Below are positions 51,327 to 64,000 of a stretch of 64,000 nucleotides of DNA, one piece after another (within the stretch, counting starts at the first letter, position 1; each line of letters starts with the position of its first letter). The notes under the pieces are model-generated. The model was given only the letters and a program-made list of their open reading frames with translations, made no database searches and had not been told where the DNA came from. Position numbers and translations under genes: made by a program. This stretch comes from Mytilus edulis (taxonomy: Eukaryota), in assembly GCF_963676685.1 (NCBI RefSeq), contig NC_092352.1, positions 67,642,001 to 67,706,000 on the forward strand, written 5' to 3'.

Positions 51327-54300
51327 TAGGCGAGTGACTTATTTCAAAAAGACGCCTAGTTAACGACTTTAATGCACCCACCTAACACACGGCTGTATTA
51401 TATATCTTTCGAAAGCTAATAATCTGTACTTTCTGTTTTGTCCGGTCGTAAAAAAATCGTACAGTGCATTTTCTGTAAAATCAAGGTCAAAGGTCATGAA
51501 TAAACATTCCAATTTTTGCGATTACTAAACAAAAACCCATTTTCTAATTATAATACCAAAATTTGTTTCAAAAGATCATATGAACTTTATGGAACATGAT
51601 ACATTGTTTCCAAATCAAACAAAAATAGAGGTTAGATGCGCAATATTTCCCGAAAATTGAAATTTATCGCAAATCTTAAAAAAATGAAAAATTGTTCCAA
51701 AAGCAAAACATATCTTAGGAAATCGATATTTGTATGCTAAAAAAATAGATAAATGTATATGTTTTAGGTCAGGGAATATTTGTTTTGAATTTTAAGATTA
51801 TTATTAATTATTGTTCATAGAACAGCCTTCTATTGAAGTGTTTGCAGTTGCCCAAAAATCTGCCATCTGCAAATAGCGATCTTTTTGTTATTCTATGTTA
51901 TGATAGCACATTGCTTATTGTCAATATCAGGGAGGAGAATGATTTTCCATAATAAAAATAGGAGTATTTAAAGTTCGAAAAGAATATATACGAGCTAATT
52001 GAGGTAAAAATGTGTTTTTTACGAAGTCAAACGTATTAACTTTTTGTAATCATGTTTAAATGCAAACATGACTTTGCGACTAAATCGTAGGTAACATTGA
52101 AAAAAGTAACCCTGCTTAGAAAAACTTGGTTGTCTAAAGCGGGATGTAAGCGAACAAAATATAATGCTGCTGTTTCTTATTTAGTCTAAAATCGTGTTAG
52201 TAATATAAAGTGCGTTTAGAAGTTTAATCGCTTTAATTATTTGAATAAAAGATGCTTTGAGTATTTTCAACATAAACTTTTAAAATACAAATGCAGGTCA
52301 TTGTTTATGTAAAACACAAACACTATAACCAGTTGTGAAATGAAAAAATGAAAAACTTGAATACCCTTCCTGACCTCATAAGATCATTCGCTGTTTTATG
52401 CAGTTATCGTTTTCATGGTGTGCTTTATTTTGTGAACTGTTGTTCGTCTCTTAGACTTTAATTTTATTTTGTTCATGGTTTTAATTAAGTTTATCTGATT
52501 CATGGTTTAAGATGTTGATTGTCCTTTTGGTATTAATTTACTTTAAAGACATTAACTTGCAGTAATGAAAATCGGCCAAAAAATCGCCTCAAAGTAAAGT
52601 GAAGAAGAATAACGCAATAAGGCAAATATCCTCAAAAATAACTTAATTTGCTCACGGTGATATATATATAGAACCAAATCGTTATTATGATACATTTAGC
52701 AACAATGAACTACAATTTTAAAACCTTTGACTACTTGAATAGTGACGAAATATATCAAAGGGACATCAAACTCATAATTGAAAACGAACTGACAAAACGG
52801 CAAAAAAAAAAGGAACACGACAAAGTAACAGTATACAAAACACAACATTTAAAACTACAGATAGAGTAACAAAAACCCCCCAAAAATATTTGGGGTGAAT
52901 TCAGGGACTCCAAAAGGATAAGCAGATTCCACATGTGACACCCGTCTTGTGGCTCATTTAATTCCTAACTCGGTGCCAAGCCTTAGTGGGTAGGTGTCAT
53001 TCAAGGCAGATATGACGGTATTTTGGTAACGTAAATTGGAACTTATCAGTCGTCATCTGGCGAAACAAATGTTTTATAATTGTAAACCAACTCGTAGTGG
53101 CGTCCATAAATTTTTCAAAGGGATGATTCCAACTTTGCATTTGAACTTTGGTTTAAAACCATGTTCAAACCACCACTTTTCTTCAAATGTCCTGTACAAA
53201 GTCAGGCATATGGCAGTTGGTATCGAATAATCTGTTTCTTTGTATGTTGGCGTTTGTTTTTGTAGCAGTTCAGTGTTTCTGTTATATCGTTGTGTTCCTC
53301 TTGTATATATATAGTTGATGCGTTTTCCTCGGTTTTGGTTTGTGACCCGGATTTGTTTCAGTTTATAGTAAATCGATTGATGACTATTGAATAGCGGTAT
53401 ACTATAGTTGCCTTTATTTAACATCTTCATTGTGAGCAGTTACGCACTATCACGAAAATAAATCGTGAACGTACACGCAAGCTCTGGAAAATTGTATCAA
53501 CTTGGAGAAATATACTCCACAAGAAGATGCCGCGAAATCGCGTTACAATTGGGCAAGTGTTTAGATAAATAGTTTCATTTAATTTCGCGGGCAGTACGTC
53601 GACTGAGCATGCAAAGACAAATTAAGGAAATACAAAACCCTACATTTATACGACATATCATAAATATTTCTGACTTGTTATTGTCTCAGAGGAGTTGAGG
53701 CTCAATGAAATCGGTCTCCTCCTTTAATAGTTTAGATATGCAGGCGTTGCTATAATGTTGCTACATAGAAATGACTAATTTATAATTTGGTAGTAAAGAG
53801 TGTTTTTATTGGTTGATTTATGCTCATCTCTATTGTCGTTAAACTTGTTCTCAACCAACCCTCATCGTCGTTTTCAAGATACGTGATAGAGTAAACTATG
53901 TATATATTTGTTGAGTGAGTCTTTTGTTTTCAATTTCAATGGAAATTATGAGTCCAACATTGTCACAAATTTGGCACTATTCAGTGAGATGACATCATCT
54001 ATATAGTTGAAAGTGAAGTTTCAAGATAATGGTGCTTATTTCCAGTCGTCATCAGAAACTCTTGTATGAATTCATCCTCGTATGAAAAATGGACTAGTCA
54101 TTCAAGCTATTCAGGAAGTCTAGTTGTAACTAGAATTGTTGCGTATTAATGGATTTTTTTTCTTCAAGATTATTCTTATTTGCTGAATTAATGCATTTAA
54201 ACAATGAACAACGCAATTTAATCAATCAAGAAGTAAAGCTTTATAATTTGTTTCCTGGTTTTTTAATTCTTTGAAATTTCAATTTTCATCAATTAATTTT

Positions 54301-55161
54301 CTATTTATTTTTGTCTAGATTGTCAATTTCTTTTTTTATGGTTCACATTAAATAAATAAAAGGGGTTTTCACTACATCAATATTTATAATGAAACTACCA
54401 ATCAAACAATTAGAAAAGTCGAAAGATGTTCATTTCAGTCGGGTAGTTTCAATGCAGATTGCAATCTCTTAGTTAAGCCCCCTTTATTTCAAGCAATAGT
54501 ATGATTCGCGCACATATTTTTTTACTTTGAATTTTTCAGATTCTTAAGAATTTGTTTTTTAAATCTTATTTTGACCACATACAATGTTTAAATTGCAAGA
54601 AATGCTTAAAAGCTTTTTTTCGCAGATGGCGGTATTTGGGGCAACTGTATGAGTTGTTTTAATTTGCTGTTTGATTAGAAGTAAGCATAATTTTAGAAAA
54701 TTTATGATGTCAAAAACTTCTTTGATAGTCATTACAGGGTTTTACTTAGTTTAAAGTGATTAGCAGTTGCATCAGAAAGAAACATTTGTGTTTTTGCACA
54801 TTTTATTTACTTTTACTCGAATTTCAGGAAACATGTGCTGTCTATCTAAAACACGCTTTAAATATATAAAAATGCATTTGATTAATGACTGTTAATCTCT
54901 CTGCTAAAAATGTAAATTGTTTGCATATGTGAATAAAATATATAAAAGTCATATTATGCAATCAAGCTGAAATCTTAGACAATATGCCCTTATTCGTCCT
55001 TGGCCTTTGATCTGGATTTGACGAAAATTGCACCGTACGATTTTTTTACGACCGGGCAAAACAGATAGTACAGATTTGTAGCTTTCAAATGATATATAAT
55101 TTAGCCGTGTGTTAGGTAGGTGCATTAAAAATTTAATTTCATGGTTAAAGTCACTCGCCTA
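51327..55161. mobile_element. Second Academ-like non-autonomous element (~3.8 kb) with nested insertions
   Basis: taggcgagtgactt / aagtcactcgccta termini and ~150 bp imperfect TIRs; shares the subterminal motif aaaatcgtac[ag]gtgca with 43415-46462; no matching TSD. Confidence 0.72.
53735..54090 (-). pseudogene. Decayed Penelope-like reverse transcriptase fragment
   Basis: Minus-strand remnants FSYEDEFIQE...NFTFNYIDDVISLN (YIDD at 54005-53994)...LENDDEGWLRT...FLCSNIIATPAY. Confidence 0.78.
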
Positions 55162-55241
55162 AGAGTTCCACATAAGACAGCTGTGGCGTTCCATAACGAC
55201 CCATGTATTTATAGTTAATCAATGTTCAGAACAAAACTTAC

Positions 55242-55449
55242 TCATTTTGTATTCAATAATGGAATCTTTATCAATGTCTTCTGCTTTGACTGTTGTAACT
55301 ATAACTTCTTTAGTATTTTCTGGTACACTTGCGTTTTCTGTTGTGTGAGGAAACGTTGGAGGATGATCGTTAACATCAACAATCTTTATTATTATATCCA
55401 CAATTGTCGACAAGACAGGCGTTCCGTGATCATATGCTTTTACACGCAG
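55242..55449 (-). CDS. Cadherin exon (LRVKAYDHGTPVLST...VDVNDHPPTF...VPEN...AEDIDKDSIIEYKM)
   Basis: ctacag| and |gtaagt, phase 0 to 1; AxDxGxP, DxNDxxPxF, PE and DxD motifs. Confidence 0.95.
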
Positions 55450-56077
55450 CTGTAGAAAACATGATAACTTATTATTGAAAAATAATAAATTACAAATTAA
55501 GCCCTGTAAGGGTTGACCCCAAAAATAGAATATCAAATTATAATCAATTAAAACAGCAAACTAAAATAAAAACATCATGATTCGGTTATTTTAACTGTGA
55601 CTTCATGTTCTTAGTTTTTCCTTGATTACGACATAACCGAATGCGAATTATAATCGTATTTTAATTTGCATTGCTAATCTCGGTGCTTTGGTACAAGTAG
55701 AACAGGAACTGCCCAGCCTTTCAGAGCACCAACCTTAAGTTCCAGTTAGTGGTGATGTTCGTGTTACTTAATATTTACATAACTCTCATAGTTTTGTTAT
55801 TTTCGTCTTGGTTAATTTTTGCATGCTTTCTTGGATATTGAAGGATTCAGAAATGTTCAAACAGGGGGGTGGTGTCGTTTCTACTGACTGCTAATGAGGA
55901 GCCCTTCCTGTCTATTTTTGTTAGTATCATACTTTCAATTATTCAACACATTCCTGGTGTCAGGGGAAATACAATGTTTCAAGTTTAGATGTACAACAAC
56001 ATAGATACACATTATAAAAGATAAATTGGAATGAAAATACAAATCATCTGATATTTGGGACGGGCATAGACAAGAAC

Positions 56078-56660
56078 AAAGGAGTAGGTTCAGTAAGACC
56101 CCTTTTTGACCCGAAAATATAGCAGTTTTACAAAATTGTGAAAATGTAATCTTTTAGCTATTTATTGGAAAGTGGAATGCTTCTGCTACACTAATATGGG
56201 CTGTTTTTTTACAATACAATGCACATATATCGGTTACTAACATCATTAAATCATGCTAAATTACTGAAATCTTCACAATATTAGCATTTAGTTAAATTTT
56301 AGACGGTTTTCGTCTTAAATGAAAGTGGCCGCATTCGTGTTCATTCATAATATTGAAATGTAAGTTGTATTTGATGATAATACATAACATATATAAAGGT
56401 TGTGGATAAACACGAATGCGGCCACTTTCATTTTTGACAAAAACCATCTGAAAAGTAACGATTTTTTGCATATTTGATAGATTTTTCATATTTAAACTTG
56501 AATCGGAGCGTTTTTAATGACTTATTCAGTTAAAATCTTTCACATAACTAATTGAATCAATTGAAATAGACACTTAAGTGTTTAAAAAGTGTCAAAAATA
56601 TTTCGTAAGATGAACCTGACATTACATGCCAAAATCGGCACTTACCGGACCTACTCCTTT
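56078..56660. mobile_element. ~580 bp MITE, Kolobok-like termini, with central palindrome
   Basis: TIRs aaaggagtaggttcagtaag / cttaccggacctactccttt; internal 22-bp inverted pair tgaaagtggccgcattcgtgtt / aacacgaatgcggccactttca. Confidence 0.82.
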
Positions 56661-56844
56661 AATTGTCTTTCAAAAATTTATTTCTCTTTTACATATTTAA
56701 TATACAAAAAAAAAACAACGTAAAGTTTATGCATCTTATTGAAAGATCTACAAATGAATAACTTTGGAGAAAATAGTTACAGAAATATGAAGCTGTTGTT
56801 GGTGTTACAAGAGTATTGGGATTCTATTTTTATAGCTATCAGTT

Positions 56845-57303
56845 CACTGTATCTAAACTACAACGGCAAAAACATGTTTGGACTCGGTGATATCTAATAT
56901 TCGGAACTCAATTGTCAGAATAAAGTTAGTTTTCTATTTATTCATTTCTTATTTTTATGATATCGAAGAATAAATATATAACTATTTTCTATTATGATGT
57001 GTAATATTTTCTACAACTGTTCTTTATTAACGGAGAAATAAGGAAAAAAAAGTTTTTCAAAATGACTAATTAAGTGAACCTTGTGTCGAATTTGTTTACT
57101 GTCTCGTTAAATTGTTGCCATCATACAGGAAGTAAGGTATGAAAAGAAAGATATTGACAAACAAGCCACGTTCAGCATTTCAATACTTGTATTTCTGTGT
57201 ATCGAATAAAAGAAATGGGTCATGTCAAAATGGAAGAGGCCGGTTTGGTTAATGTGTACATCTCTGTTTTGTCTTAGATTTCTCAAGGTAGAATCCGGTT
57301 GTG
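56845..57303 (+). repeat. Older inverted duplication, left arm (pairs with ~60155-60650)
   Basis: Colinear reverse-complement blocks, e.g. atgtttggactcg, tatataactattttctatt, gtatgaaaagaaagatattgaca, gtcatgtcaaaatggaaga. Confidence 0.85.
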
Positions 57304-57314
57304 TCAAAGAAAAT

Positions 57315-58396
57315 AAACAGCTGCGCCATGAGCGCATGATACGCCCGACGTCTTGTGTGGAAGTTTTATGTAATAATCATTTATAGTTTCTGAGAAAGTT
57401 TAAAGCAATAACCATATATTGTTTTTTGATATGGCGGGACATGTGAAACCCCACCATGTTTTTTTTTTTACAAAAAACTAAATATCACTAAAATAAAATT
57501 TTGAATCGAAACCCTCCCCTATAGAACAAAATACTCAATAACTCAAAAATAAAATTTTGAGTCATCACCAAAAAGTATACAGATCTTTAGATTAATATAA
57601 CAAAGAATTGTGTAAAGTTTTAAGCAATAATCATAAATTGTTTTTAAGATACGGCACAAAAATACTCAATAACTCAAAAATGAAATTTTGAATCATCACA
57701 AAAAAGTATACAGATCTTTAGATTAATATAACAAAGACATGTGTAAAGTTTGAGGCAATAATCATAAATAGTTTTTGAGATATGGCGGGACATGTGAAAC
57801 CCCCACCATGTTTTTTTTTTTACAAAAAACTAAATATCACTAAAATAAAATTTTGAATCAAAACCAAAAAGTATACAGATCTTTAGATCAATATAACAAA
57901 GAAGTGTGTAAAGTTTTAAGCAATAATCAGAAATTATTTTTGAGATACGGCGCGACATGTAAAAAATCCCTCCCCCTTTTTACAAAATACTCAATAACTC
58001 AAAAATGAAATTTTGAATCATCACCAAAAAGTATACAGATATTAAGGTTAATATAACTAAAAAGTGTATAAAGTTTCAAGCCATAATCAAGAATCGTTTT
58101 TGAGATACGGTACGACATATGAAAAAAAACACACCTCTGTTTTAGTTACAAAGTGCCGTAAATCAAAAAGTTTAAATCATATTTTCACCAAAAAGTATAC
58201 AGATCATTTGACCATCATAAGAAACAACTATATTAAGTTTCATGAAATTTGGATAAGTCGTTCTCAAGTTACGGTGCGACATGTTTACGCCGGAGAGACA
58301 GACGGACAGACGGACGGACGGACAGACATACGGACGGACATCGGACATTTGTATACCATAATACGTCCCTTCAAAATTTTGACGGGCGTATAAAAA
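57315..58396 (+). mobile_element. Helentron-associated element (pearl/CvA/HINE-like)
   Basis: 5' atacgcccg sub-TIR, internal tandem core repeats, (GACG/GACA)n microsatellite at ~58297-58340, 3' hairpin tcaaaattttga with cgggcgtat and A-run. Confidence 0.8.
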
Positions 58397-60154
58397 TGCA
58401 TCATTGCATAACATAATTGAACTTTGGCATTTCAAAGGAGTCGGGTGACTCGTTGGAAAACCTTTTTTTTCAGAGGACAACTAATTATTTATTTGAATCT
58501 GTAAACATTTAATTCCTACTTGATTGGAATTAAAAAAATAACATTTTTTTGGCTTTGATTAAAAATACAAATCTTAACTGCGAAATTCATAGAAATGAAA
58601 ATTATAACACAAATTGAAATTTAAAATACGTGTTTAAATTAAATATGTAAATGTAAGTGATCAAACTTGAAAATACAGTTTACAATTGAACACGCACATT
58701 TATAAGTAATCAAATCTACTCGCGCAAATGTAGAACGAATTTGCGCAAACGTATCTACCCGCTACCAAGGGGTGTAATCTTTCTTATGATCGTTCAAAAT
58801 AGATCTTTTTAAGGCTAAGTGTTTATTATAAGACATGAGAAGAGGATAATATGTTTGAGACGATTTCAAGTTTAAAAAAAACATATCACAGGTTGAGGTT
58901 GGGGAGGTGGGCATGCGACCTGTACGCCACCTTGATTCGTCACAAATGTTATATAACTAAATCGTAAACCAACTTGAAATTTTATAAGAATAAGAAATAA
59001 GAAAAAAAGCAACACCCGCGATATTGAATGTATGTAAGAAGGATTATCAAGTTTAGTCTAAAAATTTACATTGATATTTTAGAATCGTTGAAATGCGAGA
59101 CAAAGGAATTGGCTTGAACTATTTGTATGAAGCTTCATGTCAGAAGTGAGAAGGTCTGAACGAAACAAACCTCGCACACAGATATTTTACCTTACGATGT
59201 TTCTATCTGTCATATGGCCATTGTCATTTTCATAGTTCAGCAATTTCCTATGAAAATAAAATAGCTGTGAATGCAACTCTGATAAGGGAGCAACCATTTA
59301 GCCTCAAAGGGAATGGAGCGTGGTGATTTGTTATTTTTCTAGCTAGATTTAAAAAATAAATATTTAGTTTTTTTAACGCTATCGATCAGTTTTTGTTTAT
59401 AACATTTGACTGCGTAGGGAAGTCTGCTTTCAGAATATTTTTTTTTTGTAATTTGCTTTACCAGAATATATTTTTCATAAAATTGGGGATCAGAATATTT
59501 TTTTAGAAAACAAAGGGTTGATATCCATCATCAAGGTAAACATTTCGTGTTCAATAAAAAAGGAGATGTGGTATGATAGGCGATAAGACAACTCTCCACC
59601 ACAGACTAAATAACAGATTCAGGTCACCGCACAGTCTTCAACAATGAGCAAAGCACATACCGCATTTCAGCTATAAACAAGTCAAACGTGAAAATCAAAT
59701 ATCTAACACAAGTCCGTATCTCTAATACCATACATAATAGGTTAACTATATTTTCTCATATGGCCACATGACTGTTATGTAACTTTGAACTTATCTTTTT
59801 GATTTATTGGTAATTATTAAGTTTTTGATTTTTGGTTGGTTTTACTGATTGTAATGTGTTCATGTTGGTCTTGGAGGTTTAATTAGACTTGGACTTTTTT
59901 TTATGGTTTTATGAACAATGTTAAGTTTATGTGATATTTTATTAAATCATTTATCTTACATATCTTCAAAATTGATTCAATTACGATAATGCAAGCATTT
60001 GCGACATTTTAGGGATTGTATAAATACTATATAGTAAATATTTTTTTTTATGAAAAATCGCAAGTGAAGTTGTTTTGCAATAACAGTCATATTTATGTCG
60101 ATTTTCTTTCAGTTGACAGTGTTAATATCGTGTTAGCATTGGTTTCAAAACAAA

Positions 60155-60650
60155 TCAAAACCGGGATATATTATACGTAGACAAAACTGGGTGATTGTGT
60201 AGTAAACAGGATTGACCAAACCTGTTCTTCCATTTTGACATGACTCATTTCTTCCATTCCATACACAGAAATACAAGTCTCGAGGTTTTCAAAGTGGCTA
60301 GTTTTGCAATCTCCGTGTCAATATCTTTCTTTTCATACTTTTATGCCCGTACAATTTGAACAATTGAACGAGATATTAAACGAATTTAAGGCAAGGTTCA
60401 CTAAATTCGTCATTTTGATATGGATTTAACTGATTTCACCGTTAATATAAAACGGCGGTAGAAAATATTTCACCTCACAATAGAAAATAGTTATATATGT
60501 AAACAATATCCTTCGATATCTTAAAACTTAAAACTAAACAATTGAATAAACAGAAGCCGACCTTTTCTCTATCTATTAATTTTCCGTTACCCTTCCGTAT
60601 ATTAGATACCATCGAGTCCAAACATTTTTTGCCGCTGTAGTTTTTGAAAA
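60155..60650 (-). repeat. Older inverted duplication, right arm
   Basis: Reverse-complement match to 56845-57303. Confidence 0.85.
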
Positions 60651-60708
60651 AGTGTATTTGGGATTGTAAAAAAATAATTTGAGAACTTCTATATATCAGA
60701 TTACATAC

Positions 60709-60897
60709 TCTATAATCTCCGTCTGCACTTAGATTCTTAGCAGTTGTTATCTCTCCTGTACTATTATTTAGGAGGAAATCGCTGTAAGTTTTCCCAATCC
60801 CTGTTTGGTTGATAAAGGTGTAGGAAACTTTTTTGTTGAGACCATAATCTGCGTCTGTTGCATTGAGAATAGTAACATTGGAACCTATTTTTGCACA
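60709..60897 (-). CDS. Cadherin exon (CAKIGSNVTILNATDADYGLNKKVSY...GEITTAKNLSADGDYR)
   Basis: tttcag| and |gtatgt, 189 nt, phase 0 to 0; AxDxDxGxN motif. Confidence 0.94.
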
Positions 60898-62150
60898 CTG
60901 AAATGAAATATATTTACATTTTCGTTTGTTAATGTTTAATGATTCAATAGATTGGAGTGAACATATGTACGCTGTACAGGGTATCGAGTTATAAAAATGG
61001 GTTTGAAGGCATCCATCCAATTGTAAAACACATACATTAAGTTATTTACAGGTTTAGTTAGATCTCAGAGAAAATTTCATCTTTTGTGTTAATATCATGA
61101 TTTTGCATACACAACTAACGCTATTTAAGGTCGTCAACTGAATGATGATAAGACGCATTAAGGTATACATACAATGAGGAGACTCATAAAAGTACTGCAC
61201 CGAGGGGAATTCAAAACAGAAAGTCCCTAATTAAATGTTAAATTCAAAACCAATCAAACGAATGGATAACAACTGTCATATTCCTGACTTGGTACAGGCA
61301 AGTGACATTATACGCAGTAGATCCATTTTAATTATATAAATAAATTAACTGTCGATACTGTTTTCAATAAGATTCATCACGATTAACACACACATGTAAA
61401 ACTGACATAAATTACTCTGAATACAATTTTTAAGTGATTTTCATAAATATATGTTCATAAGATGTAAAAATATATTTTGTTCTTTCTACCTGACTTTTAC
61501 ATTAACAAATGAAGATTAAAATAAGATTTTTTTGTTGTTTGCTTGACAGCCCAGTGAGGTTAACCTTGGAGATTGTACTGTCACAAATTGAGTTTACCTA
61601 GCGAAGCGTCGCGAAGCAAGATCAACGGATATTTGCGACATTAAAATAAAGTTTTATGAAAGTCAAAGTTAAAATACAGTTATCTCCATTCTAATGCAGC
61701 ATATTAAAGTAAATACTGTTTAAAAAATACTTTGGCGTAAAATGACATAAATGAAAAAGCTTTGAAGCTTTTGCATTGTCCTTAGCAACTAAACAATGTG
61801 ACGTGATATATATACTCACGATATCAAATATAAAGCTGTAGTCGTATTTATACCTTTCATACGCTTCAGAATGGTTTCAACGTTGACAAAAAGAATATTT
61901 TAAGATTCAAAATCTGACTTTCATGTTTATTTTGTGCGAAATTACATACCAACAAAAAATCGGAATACAAAATGGTGGCTTTCTTAGTTATGAACTGATC
62001 GAACGTGGATTATACCCCTTCAAAATATTTGTCAACGTCCAATGAAAATTATCGTTACAAACGAATTGCATGAGAATCTTTAATTTCTATTTCGACAAGT
62101 ATTTAAAAGAAGCAAAGGCAAATTAATGGAGAAAAAGCTTATTGATTTAC

Positions 62151-62657
62151 CTCATATATCTTGTAGAAATCTTTAAGACCATGGAACACAGGCGCGTTGT
62201 CGTTCAAATCCTCTACGTATATGAATACCGATGTTGAATTTGTCAGACCTCCAATATCTTCTACCAATACAGTTAGATTTTTCCAACCGTAGTTATTAAC
62301 AAGTGATGCATTGACGGAAATTGATCCAGAATGCATGTTAATTCTAAACAAACCTTCTTCGTTTGTGTCCGGTTCAATCGAGTATTCAAAAGATTGATTT
62401 ATATCCCTGTCTTTGGCAGTTACAGTAATTATTGAATAGGTCGAATCCTTCTGGTCTTCCCTTACATTGGCTCTGTAGGGAAGTTTTTCTTGTGGGAAGT
62501 AAGGAAAATTATCATTTATGTCTGTGATTTGTATCGTGATGGTTGCTGTACTTGTTTTACGCTCTTTTGTATCCGTAGCATTATCATTTACCGTAACTTT
62601 TAAAATATAACTTAGTTTATTTTCTCTATCAAAGGGTCCTGTAGCTGTTACTATTCC
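62151..62657 (-). CDS. Cadherin exon (GIVTATGPFDRENK...DINDNFPYF...EDLNDNAPVF...KIYE)
   Basis: ttgcag| and |gtaaat, 507 nt; two DxNDNxPxF motifs. Confidence 0.96.
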
Positions 62658-63105
62658 CTGCAAACATATAATACATAATTATCTCGATGCTATTAGGGAT
62701 TATCAATCCAGAAAATACTCTCACAAATGAATATATTTCAAAAACCTAAACTGATATGTAAAAGTACTTGATCTAACTAGTTAATCAATGTAATTTATCT
62801 TAAAGCTTACTTACAACTTTTTGGTTATTATATTCTTTGCTATCAAATATTCGGCTTTGAACGTTCCTGATGAAGGTTTATCCAGTAAAACGCAATGTAC
62901 ACATGACATTTATTATGTATTTTTATCATTTAAAAACAATATTGAGAAGGATGACAACGCTACGTGTATGACAGTCACTGAAACATATTTAAAAATTAAA
63001 TTTGCGTTTTGTTTCAAGAGGTTCAACTATTAGAGTTGAAACTTGATGGTAAATTGATAATTAAAACGACAATACATTTCTTAACACAATGCGTGTAAAA
63101 CTTAC

Positions 63106-63431
63106 TGTAGAGGAATCGATTTTGAATTTGCTAGAACTGTCGATAATTTTATATATCAATTCTGCATTCGGTCCCGCATCATCATCACTTGCATTAAACC
63201 ACATAATAAATGAACTATTGTATATATCGTTCTGATCTGTGCCATTGTTCTCTTGCAGGTTTATAGTGTTATTGTAAGGATAAAAAACCGGAAAATTGTC
63301 ATTGATATCAAGAACTGTAATTATCACATCAGTGGTGCTTTTGAAAACAGTGTCATTAGCCTCAACTTCTATAATAATGATTGTTTGGTTTTCCCTGTCG
63401 ACGTCTATCAAAGGATTTCTTGTGATTAGAC
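63106..63431 (-). CDS. Cadherin exon, most 5' in window (LITRNPLIDVDREN...DINDNFPVF...ASDDDAGPNAELIY...IDSST)
   Basis: ctgtag| and |gtaagt, phase 1 to 0; the gene continues beyond the window. Confidence 0.96.
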
Positions 63432-63635
63432 CTACAGAAAATACAGTTATCGCATTTTAAGTTTCTACATTGGTCATTAAAACATATCTTATCTTAATCA
63501 CAAGGTTTGAACATTAGTATACAAAGATATTATTACTAATTAAAAATCATATACATGTACAAAGATTAAAGTACCAATATTGACCTTTGATAATTTTTTA
63601 TACTCTTTGCGCGCATTTTGAATGATTAGCATATT

Positions 63636-64000
63636 ATCTCCCAACTGATACGATATTCCCGTGCTTGCATTTCCTATCATGATTTTCTTGATAGAGGGTT
63701 GCTGCTCACAAGGAAGCTATTAAACCAAGAGTTCCAAATGGTGAAGTTGAAATCATCCCTTCGTAAATTTTACGGACGCCATCACGAGTTGGTTGACCGT
63801 TATGGAATAACCGTTTCACAAATGATATCGGATATGTTCCTTACATCGTAGCTACAATCCCCTTCCCTTTCATGAATGTGACCTACCGAATTAGACTATT
63901 TACCGGATTTGTTATCACATAAGCTACACGACGGGTGCCACATGTGGAGCAGGATCTGCTTACCCTTTCCGGAGCACCTGAGATCACCCCTAGTTTTTTG
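63636..64000 (+). mobile_element. 5'-truncated Penelope-like retroelement: RT C-terminus plus 3' UTR
   Basis: Uninterrupted frame ISQLIRYSRACISYHDFLDRGLLLTRKLLNQEFQMVKLKSSLRKFYGRHHELVDRYGITVSQMISDMFLTS* (stop 63849-63851). Confidence 0.85.

Noticed and set aside
58064-58480. Overlapping 109/102-aa ORFs
   Set aside because: Read-through of the Helentron-associated element and its GACG microsatellite.
59191-59247. Candidate cadherin exon encoding KLLNYEND
   Set aside because: Phase is incompatible with the flanking phase-0 junction (in-frame TGA or frameshift); 60709 joins 55449 cleanly.

Overview
AT-rich, intron-rich animal genomic DNA; the repeat content and gene set suggest a bivalve, most likely a Mytilus-type mussel (inference). 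Three spliced protein-coding genes can be assembled by hand with consistent splice phases. (1) The last four coding exons of a type I cAMP-dependent protein kinase regulatory subunit (PRKAR1/RI; + strand, 3548-6770, long 3' UTR to ~9.8 kb). (2) A complete 5-coding-exon gene (+, 23914-30150, 221 aa) encoding signal peptide, Thr/Ser/Pro mucin segment, 10-Cys Ly6/uPAR three-finger domain and GPI signal. (3) The 3' 15 exons (~906 aa, - strand, 63431-35670) of a large non-classical cadherin with a CDHR2/CDH23-type cytoplasmic tail, a C-terminal PDZ motif (ETTEV) and one GC-AG intron. Non-coding highlights: a 3-unit ~370-bp non-LTR retrozyme array whose hammerhead ribozyme cores are all mutated; at least three solitary intact minimal type I hammerheads from two families; Penelope-like RT remnants; two Academ-type DNA transposons (TAG..CTA ends, one with a 3-bp TSD and decayed XPG/Cys-finger coding remnants); several MITEs; a Helentron-associated element; two separate satellites built on the same dispersed motif; a serially duplicated splice donor in the PKA gene; and two long inverted duplications in cadherin introns. 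Most ORFs in the supplied track are artefacts or partial exons.
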